NCBI GenBank assembly: GCA_963772765.1
Contig: CAVYYP010000013.1
Coordinates: 637,243 to 701,242 of the forward strand
From: Candidatus Bathyarchaeota archaeon
GTDB taxonomy: Archaea > Thermoproteota > Bathyarchaeia > Bathyarchaeales > Bathyarchaeaceae
DNA length: 64,000 nt
Reading direction: 5' to 3'
Position 1 is the first letter of the stretch. Each line of letters starts with the position of its first letter. Position numbers and translations under genes: made by a program. Of the stretch, positions 20,102 through 29,302 are shown piece after piece. The notes beneath the pieces are model-generated. The model was not told the DNA's origin. It saw nothing but the letters and a program-made list of their open reading frames with translations, and did no database searches.

Positions 20102-20880
20102 TTATTGGTCGTTTGGGTCTTGTGGGTTTGTTCCTTTTGTGATTTCTTCGCTGTCTGTTAGTCCGTCTCCGTCTGTGTCTGGATTTTGTGGGTCTGTTCC
20201 ATAGTATATGTATTCCATTGCGTCCTCTAGTCCGTCTCTGTCAGTGTCGCTGTTGGGTTGTTCTTCTTCAAAATAGGGAGTTGGGAGGCAGGTGGTGCAT
20301 GGGTCGTTTGGGTCTTGTGGGTTTGTTCCTTTTGTGATTTCTTCGCTGTCTGTTAGTCCGTCTCCATCAGTGTCTGGATTTAGCGGATCAGTTCCATAGT
20401 ATATGTATTCCATGGCATCTTCCAATGTATCTCCATCAGAATCACCATTGGATGCTGTCTGCTCTTCCTCAACATAAGCTGTTGGGATGCAATGTGGTAC
20501 ATGGGTCGTTTGGATCTTGCGGATCTGATCCTTGTGTGATTTCTTCACAGTCTGTTAATCCATCTTCATCAGTATCTGGATCTTGTGGGTCTGTTCCATA
20601 GTATATGTATTCCATGGCATCTTCCAATGTATCTCCGTCAGAATCGCCGTTGGATTGTTCTTCTTCAAAATAGGGAGTTGGGAGGCAGGTGGTGCATGGG
20701 TCGTTTGGGTTTTGTGGGTTTGTTCCTTTTGTGATTTCTTCGCTGTCTGTTAGTCCGTCTCCGTCTGTGTCTGGGTTTTGTGGGTCTGTTCCATAGTATG
20801 TGTATTCCATTGCGTCCTCTAGTCCGTCTCCGTCAGAGTCACCATTGGCGACTGGTTGCTCTTTTTCAATGAGCATCCCA
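20102..20880. repeat. about 195-202-bp tandem DNA repeat, four copies
   Basis: The unit start GGGTCGTTTGG(G/A)TCTTG(T/C)GG recurs at about 20106, 20301, 20503 and 20698. Confidence 0.75.
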
Positions 20881-20969
20881 TTTTGATCAGAAAAAACCGT
20901 AGTTCCAAACATAAGCAAAATAACAAAAATAACTGCCAATGAAGTAACAATTATCTTGCTTTTTCTCAC
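20102..20969 (-). pseudogene. secreted Ca-binding (thrombospondin type-3-like) tandem-repeat protein, split by one frameshift
   Basis: A signal-like N-terminus (MRKSKIIVTSLAVIFVILLMFGTTVFS) is followed by four ~65-aa repeats: D(S/T)DGD(G/T)LEDAMEYIYYGTDPQNPDTDGDGLTDSEEITKGTNPQDPNDPCTTCLPTPYFEEEQ. ORFs 20469-20969 and 20102-20548 are the same gene in two frames, with an extra base near 20488-20495. Confidence 0.7.
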
Positions 20970-21227
20970 TCTTCTGTCACCTCCACATGATGCTCTTGGG
21001 CGATAAAATCTTGACTCTTATCACCAAAAACTTGGGTTTCATAGAATATTAGAAAAGGCTGGGTACAAGTACACCCACCCAATTAGTTCAAGAGGTATCT
21101 TGTTTTTTTTAAAACAATTACAGAGAACATTACTTACTGTTGGGTTTTGGGCTAAATTTTTGCCTCAAGACCTGTTGACGATTTTTTAGCCGCGCAAGAA
21201 GTTTCGGTTTATTTAGTTGTTTATGAT

Positions 21228-21521
21228 TTAGGTTATTGCAAATTTAGCCATTTTTAGGTTGTAGGTTTTTGATACAAAGTATTTAACGTCTGATTTTTCT
21301 TCAAAGTATGCTTCAATTGTTGAATCATGGTCTATGTTTAATATTCTGGATGCAAATTCTTTTGGACCAAGCAGGAATTTTTTGTTTGTTGAACCGACAT
21401 TTCTGACTCCAACATTACGAGATTTATCGATGTTTATGTTGTAAATGATAACTTCACATACTGCATTAGACGGCGCATTTAAGTGCAGCCTTCTCCAAAC
21501 TCCATTTTTTCTAGAATTCAT
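21228..21521 (-). CDS. hypothetical protein
   Basis: 97-aa ORF with no recognisable motif. It is flanked by imperfect inverted repeats at 21061-21080 and 21568-21591. Confidence 0.35.
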   Translation of the reverse strand: MNSRKNGVWRRLHLNAPSNAVCEVIIYNINIDKSRNVGVRNVGSTNKKFLLGPKEFASRILNIDHDSTIEAYFEEKSDVKYFVSKTYNLKMAKFAIT

Positions 21522-21972
21522 GTCTTTCTCCTTAGATTGTTAGTGAGAAAATAAATTGTTAAAAATTGGGTGGGTACAAATGTAGGTACCCATCTTGACA
21601 CTGTTTTTCCGAAAATAGTACGTCAAGCACGAAAACATAATTTCACTGTTTCTTCTATGTGATTTCATAGGCTCTTTCATTCTTGGTAATTTATTTTTCA
21701 ATCTATTTTTAGGCATTCTATTGACATAAATCGGTTTAATGAAATTCATTTTGTTGGAGGCTTCAACTACATTCTTAGACTTCATTTTAGACAATCCGAT
21801 GAGAATGGTTACTTCAGTGGTTCCATCAGTCGAAACTCTCCCATTTTTGACTTTGTATACCTACTGTTGTATATTTGGCATCTCGATTCTTGAAGTATTG
21901 TTTTTTTGTTTGATATTTCGCAGTCATATGCTAAAACAAACGATATAATGCGCGAGTGACCCGACCAAAATT

Positions 21973-22581
21973 TTAAACTTTCAAATTACGAAGTTCTTCA
22001 ATAACGTTATCCCAAGAATCTAAGGTAAATTTCTTACCCTTTGCAAGATAGTTAGATTCAAAAAGAATACATGTTGTTACTGGGAGTTTCTTTGTTTCTG
22101 CGTAATAATTGATGGGCTTGTTTTTTCTTTTTTTCTCAGAAACAGGTTTTCTTTCTTGCAAGGATATGTAGAAGCAACAAATATTCTTATTTAATTTCTT
22201 TGCATTTTCGAAATTGTCACTAATACCCTTAACCACCTCTTGAACAGTTTTCTTGCCTTTTTGTGGATATTTTCCTCCATATATGCCATGAACTTTGAAT
22301 TCAAAAAGACCTGCGATGTCGTTTGAATTGTAGTATTGTGGCAAGATTTCTTTAGCTCCCTTTTTGATAACCGCCCCATCCCATTCAATCCACTCTAAAT
22401 CTTTAATCCAAACGGGACCAAGAACAGGTGAGAATTTATCTGTGTATTTGGCGATATGCTTCATTAGAATTGAAGCAAAAATGTGTCCACGAAAGCGACT
22501 GTTATTTTTTCTATTCGGTGCTTCCTTAAAAGAAAAATTTTCGAATTCTAATAAAATTTCTTGAGACTCTAATTCTAACAT
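21973..22581 (-). CDS. hypothetical protein
   Basis: 202-aa ORF, lysine-rich, with no confident motif. Confidence 0.4.
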   Translation of the reverse strand: MLELESQEILLEFENFSFKEAPNRKNNSRFRGHIFASILMKHIAKYTDKFSPVLGPVWIKDLEWIEWDGAVIKKGAKEILPQYYNSNDIAGLFEFKVHGIYGGKYPQKGKKTVQEVVKGISDNFENAKKLNKNICCFYISLQERKPVSEKKRKNKPINYYAETKKLPVTTCILFESNYLAKGKKFTLDSWDNVIEELRNLKV

Positions 22582-22741
22582 GATGATAGGTTGTGTTTAA
22601 TGGTTAAGTAATTTTTCCGCTATACGTGGGCGAAGAATTTGTGGAAGATCTACAAATCCGATTTCAAAATGCGCGCCCCTAGTTTCTAAAAGAGTGAGAC
22701 TTTATTTGATGAAGCAAAAAACACAATGTTGTGTATGGGTT

Positions 22742-23083
22742 TCACGCTTGAGGGGGAGTAAAAGTGATTTCATGAAATTCTTCTGTTAATTGCATAGCTT
22801 TTTTCCACAATGGTTTCATATTAGGATGCTTTACTTTCCAATCTCCATTCATTTGATTAACAAGAAGATTACTGTCAGAATAACATTCAACATCATTTAC
22901 CAAATTCCAACGCAGAAGTTAATGCTGAACTTAGTGCCTTGTATTCAACTTGATTGTTAGTTCCTATCCCCGCATATTTCGAGCGTCTTTTTTTGACCTA
23001 TTTCTATCGTTTAAAATAATAAAAGCTATAGCAGATGGTCCTGGATTTCCTCTGCAAGCTCCATCAGTATATATTCTTAGCAT
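22742..23083 (-). pseudogene. RNase HI (type 1 ribonuclease H) pseudogene
   Basis: The reverse strand reads MLRIYTDGACRGNPGPSAIAFIILNDRN.., then in shifted frames GIGTNNQVEYKALSSALTSALEFG and VECYSDSNLLVNQMNGDWKVKHPNMKPLWKKAMQLTEEFHEITF. There are at least two frameshifts or stops, and the C-terminus is missing. Confidence 0.7.
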
Positions 23084-23281
23084 CTATAGCACTCACATCA
23101 ATTTTGTAGATAAACATGCCTTCAAAACTATTTCGCGTTTTCCTTTGAGGGGTAATTTTTTTGAGTTTTTACCCCTCACACTGTTAATCATTCTATGGTA
23201 CCTCCATGTACCATTCCTATTCCATATTGTACCATTCCGTTATTAGGAGTAAAAGTGGTATGTCCTCCAATTGACCGCAAA

Positions 23282-23392
23282 CCGTCGTTTCGCCCGTCGT
23301 CCGTCGTTGGTTGGTTGGTTTGGTTGGGTTAAAATTTAACCCCTAAACCCAAACAACTACTTCAATGATACGGTTACTGACTGACTGACTGA
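23282..23392. repeat. cluster of short tandem repeats
   Basis: Contains CCGTCGT-type repeats (23282-23307), (GGTT)n (23309-23329), the near-palindrome GGGTTAAAATTTAACCCC (23326-23343), and (CTGA)4 (23376-23392). Confidence 0.8.
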
Positions 23393-23469
23393 CACAACCA
23401 CAATATTGGTGCGCGCGCAAAGATCACCAAGAACCTCAAGAACTAGAAAATAATGATTAACTATTCATT

Positions 23470-24270
23470 TCAATTGCGTGTGCGTGCCACTTTAGATAAA
23501 TTAGGTGTTTCATCCCATATTTTATCAAAATAATCAATCAGTATTGATACTAAACTAGGATTATTTGTTAATAAAGAAGATTTTTCGGCCAATTCCGTAT
23601 CGACTGAGTTATCTATAATTACTTTCATCTTATCAAAAACATTTATTATTGCCGAAGGTTCATGTTGAATAAATTTGAGTTCATAATTAGGATAATTTGT
23701 TAATTGATTTACGATTTTAGATATGTTATGTTATCTTCAGGTTTTTCAAGAAGAACTCTCATTTTTACTCCTTTTTCTAATGCAATCTTAGCTACTTCTG
23801 CAAAGGTTATGACTGTTTGTGGGAATCGTTTCCATGAAACTAAGAAATCAATTTGTGATTTTGCTAAGGTAATTTCTTCTGTTCTTCTTAATATTGTAGC
23901 GTGATTTTTAGGTATCAAAACAAAATCTGGTTCAATATCATTTAAGAATTAATTTATAATTATCTACATTTTTTAGATATGAGTTCAGCTTTTTCGTTCA
24001 ATATGTTTATGTTTCTTCATTTTTCTTTTTTAGTAAAAATGAAATACCTTCTTTCACAGATATTGATTTGTATTTTCTTGGTCGTTCTAATGAAGATTCA
24101 ACGAGTCCCGATATTGCTAAGTTTTTCTAAAATTCTATAAATTTCCTGTCGAGGAACACGAGACTATTTTTGAATTTCACAAACACTAGAAAATGTTTAT
24201 GATCCATAGATTTAGAAAAACTTTGGCTTGATTAATCGAAAGACCAAAGTGAACTAATGTTTCAATAATA
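23470..24270 (-). pseudogene. TrmB-family regulator pseudogene
   Basis: The reverse strand, spread over several frames, reads ETLVHFGLSINQAKVFLNL.., SRVPRQEIYRILEKLSNIG / GLVESSLERPRKYKSISVKEGISFLLKKK, and a C-terminal domain ...AKSQIDFLVSW..GVKMRVLLEKPED*..YELKFIQHEPSAIINVFD..LIDYFDKIWDE. Multiple stops and frameshifts, and no start codon. Confidence 0.6.
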
Positions 24271-24468
24271 TCATATCAAGAATACAATGTAATTTCTCCC
24301 CAAAACATAGTCTTTAAGACTATTTTATCAATATAAATTTTGTCACCCATAGGGTGAGAATCATAGTATTAAATATTGTATATTCTGAAAGATGTGGCTT
24401 TGTTGAGGGAGTAATGCGTTCGTTTTTTGAAGTGCTAATCTTCAACACAATAAAAATAGGTAAAAAAG

Positions 24469-27070
24469 ATGCAAAAGCTAAATAAAATAAAAAAAATATC
24501 TATTATTGAGTTTGTTATTTTTTTCTTTATATTAGTCACATTGATCCCTATTGGCAGTGCTCAAGTAGATGGAGCTCATGGACTACACACTACTGCTGAA
24601 GATACAGGTTCAGTACCACTTCCAGCTGGAGTCACTCCTGACATTACAATTAAGACTGATATCTATCTAAGTTTCAGACCAAATCCTGTAGGAATAAATC
24701 AAATATTTCTAGTCAATCTTTGGAATGACCCAGGTCCCTCATATGCTCGATTTTTTAGAGATTATAAAGTGTCACTTATGAGACCTGATGGATCAGTAGA
24801 AGAAATATTCATTGATTCTTATCCAGCTGACGGGACTGCATGGTTTGAATACATAGCTGATCAAATAGGCGAATGGCAAATAAAATTCGAATTCCCCGGA
24901 GGTTACTTCCCCGCTGGAGACTATAAAGTAACATCTGGGTCACAGTCAGGCTATGTCGAATCCTACACCAAATCAGTCTACTATTTACCTGATTCAACAG
25001 AATGGCAACCACTGACGGTCCAAGAGGATATTGTATACTCATGGCCTGAACCAGGTCTTCCAACTGACTACTGGACTAGACCCGTGTCTCCAGAGAACAG
25101 GCATTGGTATCCAATTCTAGGAAATTATCCATGGCACGGACCAGGAGTAGCAGCAGACTGGCCAGCAGACACTAACAGAATTTGGAACAGCCGTCAAATG
25201 TTTACTCCATATGTACAAGCTCCAAACTCAGCTCACATAGTGTGGGACAGAGCTGAAGGTATATCTGGTGTCATGGGTGGAGATTATGGCTCTAAATCGC
25301 AGACTCAAGGAGGAAACACACCTAGCATAATTTATGTTGGAAGATGCTATGACTCAAAAACAAGAGTATATAATGGTGAAACCCAAAGTGTTTGGACATG
25401 CACAGATCTCAGGACAGGTGAAGTGTACTGGGAACGAACAGATGTATCTGCACCATCGTATATCGAATATTCTGAAGGTTCCGAATCTGTTCCTGGTGCC
25501 GAAGCTTCGGTGGGTGTCTCAGTAAGTCTGTTACGGATAGCGGGAAATCGGCTACAAAAATTCAATCCTGCAACAGGGGATATGACTTTAGATCGTGAAA
25601 TTCCTGCTTTTAGGTCTACAGAATACTATCGAAATGGTTACGTGCTAAGTACCTCAAGTGATTAGTGATGAGAATAAGGTATTTCGTCTGATCAATTGGA
25701 CAACGTTAGGCTCTACGAGCAACTTTGCCAGCAGAGTTGTAAGTAATATCAGTTTTCCGATGGACACTTTAGGACAGTCTCGAGATTACAATGCAATGGT
25801 AGCATTTGTATTTAGAGAAACAAATGCATGGGATGCCAATGGACTAAAACCAATTAGCGGATTCCCATACGTTAATATCACTATCGATGGTGGAACTGGA
25901 ATTAGACATGGTTTCAGAGTAATTGCTGCAGATCTACTTAACAGGACAATGGTTATACAACAATACTTATGATGATGAACCATACAGTGCAGCACAAATG
26001 CCATACAGCCAATCTTGTCACATCGCTGAAAATGGAAAAGTAGCAATACTAATGCGCAAAGGTTACTTCAATTTCTACGATTCAAGGACAGGACAATTCC
26101 TATACCAATCAGAAACAATGGATTATCCATGGGATGAACCAGGATTTGGTGCATACAACATAGCTTCCGCTTATGGAATGATTTTCAGAGGCGGTTATGG
26201 TGGTGTTTACGCATTTGACTGGGACACAGGAAAAATTGTTTGGAAATATGAACAAGTAGCACTTAGCCAATATGAGACACCATATATCAATGAAGAGGGA
26301 GTCACCGTTTACTCTTGGAACGGAGGAGTCCAAGTAGCTGATGGTAAGGTATTCTGGCAAAACAACGAACACACACCAACCCAACCTATAACTAGAGGAT
26401 GGGGACTACACGCAATAGATGCTTACACTGGAGAAGGCGTTTGGAACATCACTTCAATGATGTCACCAGGAGCTGTAGCAGACGGATACTTAACCGCATC
26501 ATGTAACTATGACGGTTCAACATATGTCTTTGGAAAAGGCAAAAGCGCAACTACAGTAACAACTCCTGACGTCGCAGTTCCAAAAGGAACAGCATCACAA
26601 TCAAAGGAACAGTTCTTGATCAATCGCCAGCGCAATCAGATACTCCATGTGTATCCAAAGATTCGATGACAACTCAAATGGAGTACATTGCATCTTCCAG
26701 CAACCAATCGATGGACTTATGGGGCAATGAAATAATTACAGGTGTTCCTGTAACATTAACTGCAATTGGCGAAGATGGAACATACGTAGATATTGGAACA
26801 ACTACACAGAAGGATATTCTGGAACATTCGGAAAATCTTGGATTCCAACAGCAGAAGGCACATACAAAATTATTGCTTCATTTGCAGGAGACGATTCTTA
26901 CGGTAGTTCTTCAGCAACAACTTGGGTTACAGTTGGTCCAGCGACGCAGCAGGCGGAGCAATAGAACCAGAACACCCACTAATCAGCACGACATGGCAAT
27001 CATAATTGCTGTAATCGCAGTTGCAATAATAGCAGCAGTCGCATATCTAGCGCTACGGAGACGAAAATAA
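24469..27070 (+). pseudogene. large beta-propeller-type surface protein, paralog 1 (at least 4 frame breaks)
   Basis: ORFs 24469-25665, 25658-25972, 25923-26669 and 26666-27070 are colinear with the paralog at 41150-43765. Shared stretches include LPAGVTPD..LSFRPNPVG, LTVQEDIVYSWPE..LPTDYWTRP, RLINWTT.GS.SNFASRVVSN and ETMDYPW. It has a signal-like N-terminus and a C-terminal TM helix ending LRRRK. Confidence 0.7.
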
Positions 27071-27516
27071 ACCAAAATTTTCCCTCCCTCTTTTTTGGGA
27101 GTAAAATAAAGTTTAGAAGAATAATGGAGAGCTGAAAGGATTCAATCGCAAAGATTAAGCATCTTTCTCATCCTTTAAGATTGCTTTTTTGTGATTGCTC
27201 ACTCATCAACAACTGTGATTGAGTCTCAGCAAATCTCCATCATTCTAATTATTTTAATCAAGCTATGCGCGGCGCGCATGATTTGTTTGATTAACAACTA
27301 TGTAAAGAGTTCCTTTACATCATCGAGTTGATTTCGAATATTGCGATAAACGCTAGAAAAGATGTAGAAAGATCCTAATGGTTTTAGTTGGTATTCAATC
27401 CAAAGAAAGAATGGATTTCACTCTCCAACTGAATATATAAGAGGTAATGGAACTTGGAAAGGCGTTTCAATCCTTGTTTAATGGATTTCTTCCGCCGACT
27501 GTGCTCGCATGGAGTT

Positions 27517-27559
27517 GGATAATAATAAACAGACAAAAAATGAGTGTTCATTATTATCC
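27517..27559. other. perfect stem-loop inside the 77-nt 'spacer'
   Basis: GGATAATAAT (27517-27526) pairs with ATTATTATCC (27550-27559), with a 23-nt loop. Confidence 0.8.
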
Positions 27560-27628
27560 GATGATCTGGTTTTGCCGTTTCAATCCTTGTTTTAATAAAT
27601 TTCTTCTGCCGACAATATCAATTTTCAC

Positions 27629-27680
27629 GGATGAGGAGGAGGACGCAGAAAATTTTTTTCCTTCCCCCTCCTCCTCATCC
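27629..27680. other. perfect stem-loop inside the 98-nt 'spacer'
   Basis: GGATGAGGAGGAGG (27629-27642) pairs with CCTCCTCCTCATCC (27667-27680), with a 24-nt loop. Confidence 0.8.
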
Positions 27681-28243
27681 ACAAAGAATTTCACACCTAA
27701 ACGACTACCCCGTTTCAATCCTTGTTTTAATGGATTTCTTCCGCCGACCTGACGTCTATGCTGACCTTGTTGACATGAAAAGCAGCATCTTCCCTGATTC
27801 TGCGATTGTAACAATTCGAGACTCTGGATTAGGATACTGGGTAGAATTCGTGGAAGATTCAGAGGTTCTGGATATTATGCAAATGTCAGGCGACGCATGC
27901 CAATCATATCCGGCTGTACATCACAGCACTCTTTATGTCGGCAATGTTTACGCTCTGATAGAGTTTATTCCGCCTCCAAATCGGTTTCCTGCGCCTCCGC
28001 TTTGATTGTTTTTGCGTAAAATCTATCAAGCCAGCCGCTCTACATTATACTGGTGGGTGTTCTTGACAAACTATTGTTGTCCAGAATGCGGTGGGACTAA
28101 AGTCACATGGAGCATGAGACTCAAAAAGGCTGTTTGTCCAAAAGATAACACGCCTGTAAGCGAATTCATTCTCCGCTAGCATCTCACATTCTGGCATGTA
28201 CTAAAACGCAGTTGGCAGCGTCAGTTGATTATGGGAAAATCTG

Positions 28244-28642
28244 CTATTTTATCAGCTCTTTTAGAGTTTCTGCCTCTTCTCTGAGTGCAGCCACTTCTTC
28301 CTCAAGAGTATCTAGTCTTTCGGTTGCTGCTGTTCGCAGGTTCTTTATTTCTTCTAGCAGTTTTCTTTTCTGTTTCTTCAATACTTCAAGCTTTTCCAGT
28401 CTGCCGGTCGGTAAATCCAGTTGTTCGTCAAGTTCGTTTTCTGGAGCCGTAGCGTCCGCATGAAGGTTGATTACTGGCGGGTATGATGGCTCTTCTTTTA
28501 CAACTTCAATTTTTGTTAAACAGTATGGGCAGGCGTAGTACGTGACTTTGTCTTCTCCAACAGAAAAGTTGGTTACCCAAATCGGATTATCGAACTCTTT
28601 TTGACAAGATATACAGGGACATTTATGCTTCATGCTTACCAA
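28244..28642 (-). CDS. zinc-ribbon plus coiled-coil protein
   Basis: The N-terminus has CPCISC...CPYC (four Cys). The C-terminus is heptad-like: LEKLEVLKKQKRKLLEEIKNLRTAATERLDTLEEEVAALREEAETLKELIK. Confidence 0.55.
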   Translation of the reverse strand: MVSMKHKCPCISCQKEFDNPIWVTNFSVGEDKVTYYACPYCLTKIEVVKEEPSYPPVINLHADATAPENELDEQLDLPTGRLEKLEVLKKQKRKLLEEIKNLRTAATERLDTLEEEVAALREEAETLKELIK

Positions 28643-28794
28643 GCTCTATTTTCGTGTATTTTGAATATTATCGTTGCTACTTATTGTGTAATAGTTTAGT
28701 ATTAACAATATATCATTTTTCGACAGGTGCAGCCAATTTTTTGATGTGTCAAATTCTGTAATAACCAATATATTCACTTTGAAGGTGCCGTTTT

Positions 28795-28986
28795 ATGATC
28801 AAGATGATGCCCCTAGACGAACTAAAGAAAAAGATCCAAAAACTTCAAACAGAACGAGCAAAACTCAACGACGAAATCGACAGACTGAAACTAGAAGCCG
28901 ACGATAAATCTATGCAGCTACAGCAAGAGATTGAATCTCTACAGGAAGAGGCAAATTCCCTAAAAGAAATCCTGGAAAACAACTAA
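28795..28986 (+). CDS. small coiled-coil protein, paralogous to the C-terminus of 28244-28642
   Basis: 63 aa. ELKKKIQKLQTERAKLNDEIDRLK...LQEEANSLKEILENN shares the ending L(R/Q)EEA(E/N)(T/S)LKE with the neighbouring protein. Confidence 0.45.
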   Translation: MIKMMPLDELKKKIQKLQTERAKLNDEIDRLKLEADDKSMQLQQEIESLQEEANSLKEILENN

Positions 28987-29046
28987 CCTAACTGTGTGGC
29001 TGAATAATGCCCGAGCTTCACTCATTTGGTTCTGGACTGCCCTAGG

Positions 29047-29259
29047 CTAGGCTGCAAACAGTCTTGGATACGCCAAGTTTTCTTGGATTCGTCGAATGTT
29101 CTGTTCGGTTACGCCCAAGTTTTTGAGGAGCTTTAGCAGATCCGAAATGTTGACGACTTTCTTGCAGTCCTGACAGACCCTTAGTTCAGCGTAATATCTG
29201 GAAATTTTTCCTTTACAGTCTGGACATTCAAATAACAACGTTCTCCCCCAACAAAACAT
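29047..29259 (-). CDS. small zinc-ribbon protein
   Basis: 70 aa with CPDC...CQDC. Confidence 0.45.
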   Translation of the reverse strand: MFCWGRTLLFECPDCKGKISRYYAELRVCQDCKKVVNISDLLKLLKNLGVTEQNIRRIQENLAYPRLFAA

Positions 29260-29302
29260 ATGTCACTACGGCTAGATATGCCTTTTCAAACAATCTAAAG
29301 GC

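Larger units (their letters stand above)
27391..27748 (-). CRISPR. orphan CRISPR-like mini-array (3 good repeats plus 1 degenerate) with atypical spacers
   Basis: Repeats lie at 27464-27499, 27577-27613 and 27712-27748, with a degenerate copy at 27391-27429. The minus-strand consensus is GTCGGCGGAAGAAATCCATTAAAACAAGGATTGAAAC. Spacers are 34, 77 and 98 nt. No cas genes occur in the window. Confidence 0.55.

Noticed and set aside
21540-21948. ORFs 21540-21794 (-) and 21739-21948 (+)
   Set aside because: They have lysine/asparagine-rich low-complexity translations in AT-rich DNA. The first contains the GGTAC...GGTACC regulatory-type repeat. There is no family resemblance, so I left them unannotated.
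27139-27175. A possible fifth, very degenerate CRISPR repeat (GATTCAATCGCAAAGATTAAGCATCTTTCTCATCC)
   Set aside because: Only the first ~10 nt and a few scattered positions match, and it lies 215 nt from the next repeat. It is too weak to include in the array.
27265-27279. GC-only palindrome ATGCGCGGCGCGCAT and other (AT)GCGCGC motifs in the AT-rich island (17231, 19262, 21949, 22671, 23411)
   Set aside because: GCGCGC-type strings also occur in core genes, for example near 11061 and 58921. I could not do a proper enrichment count by eye, so there is not enough evidence to claim a motif.
27447-27814. ORFs 27447-27752 (+), 27554-27814 (-) and the 5' part of 27631-28005 (+)
   Set aside because: They run straight through the CRISPR-like repeats. 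The repeated peptide RFNPCFNGFLPPT is simply the repeat translated, so they are not credible genes. Only the unrepeated part from about 27776 (MKSSIFPD...) might be coding, and I have no support for that.
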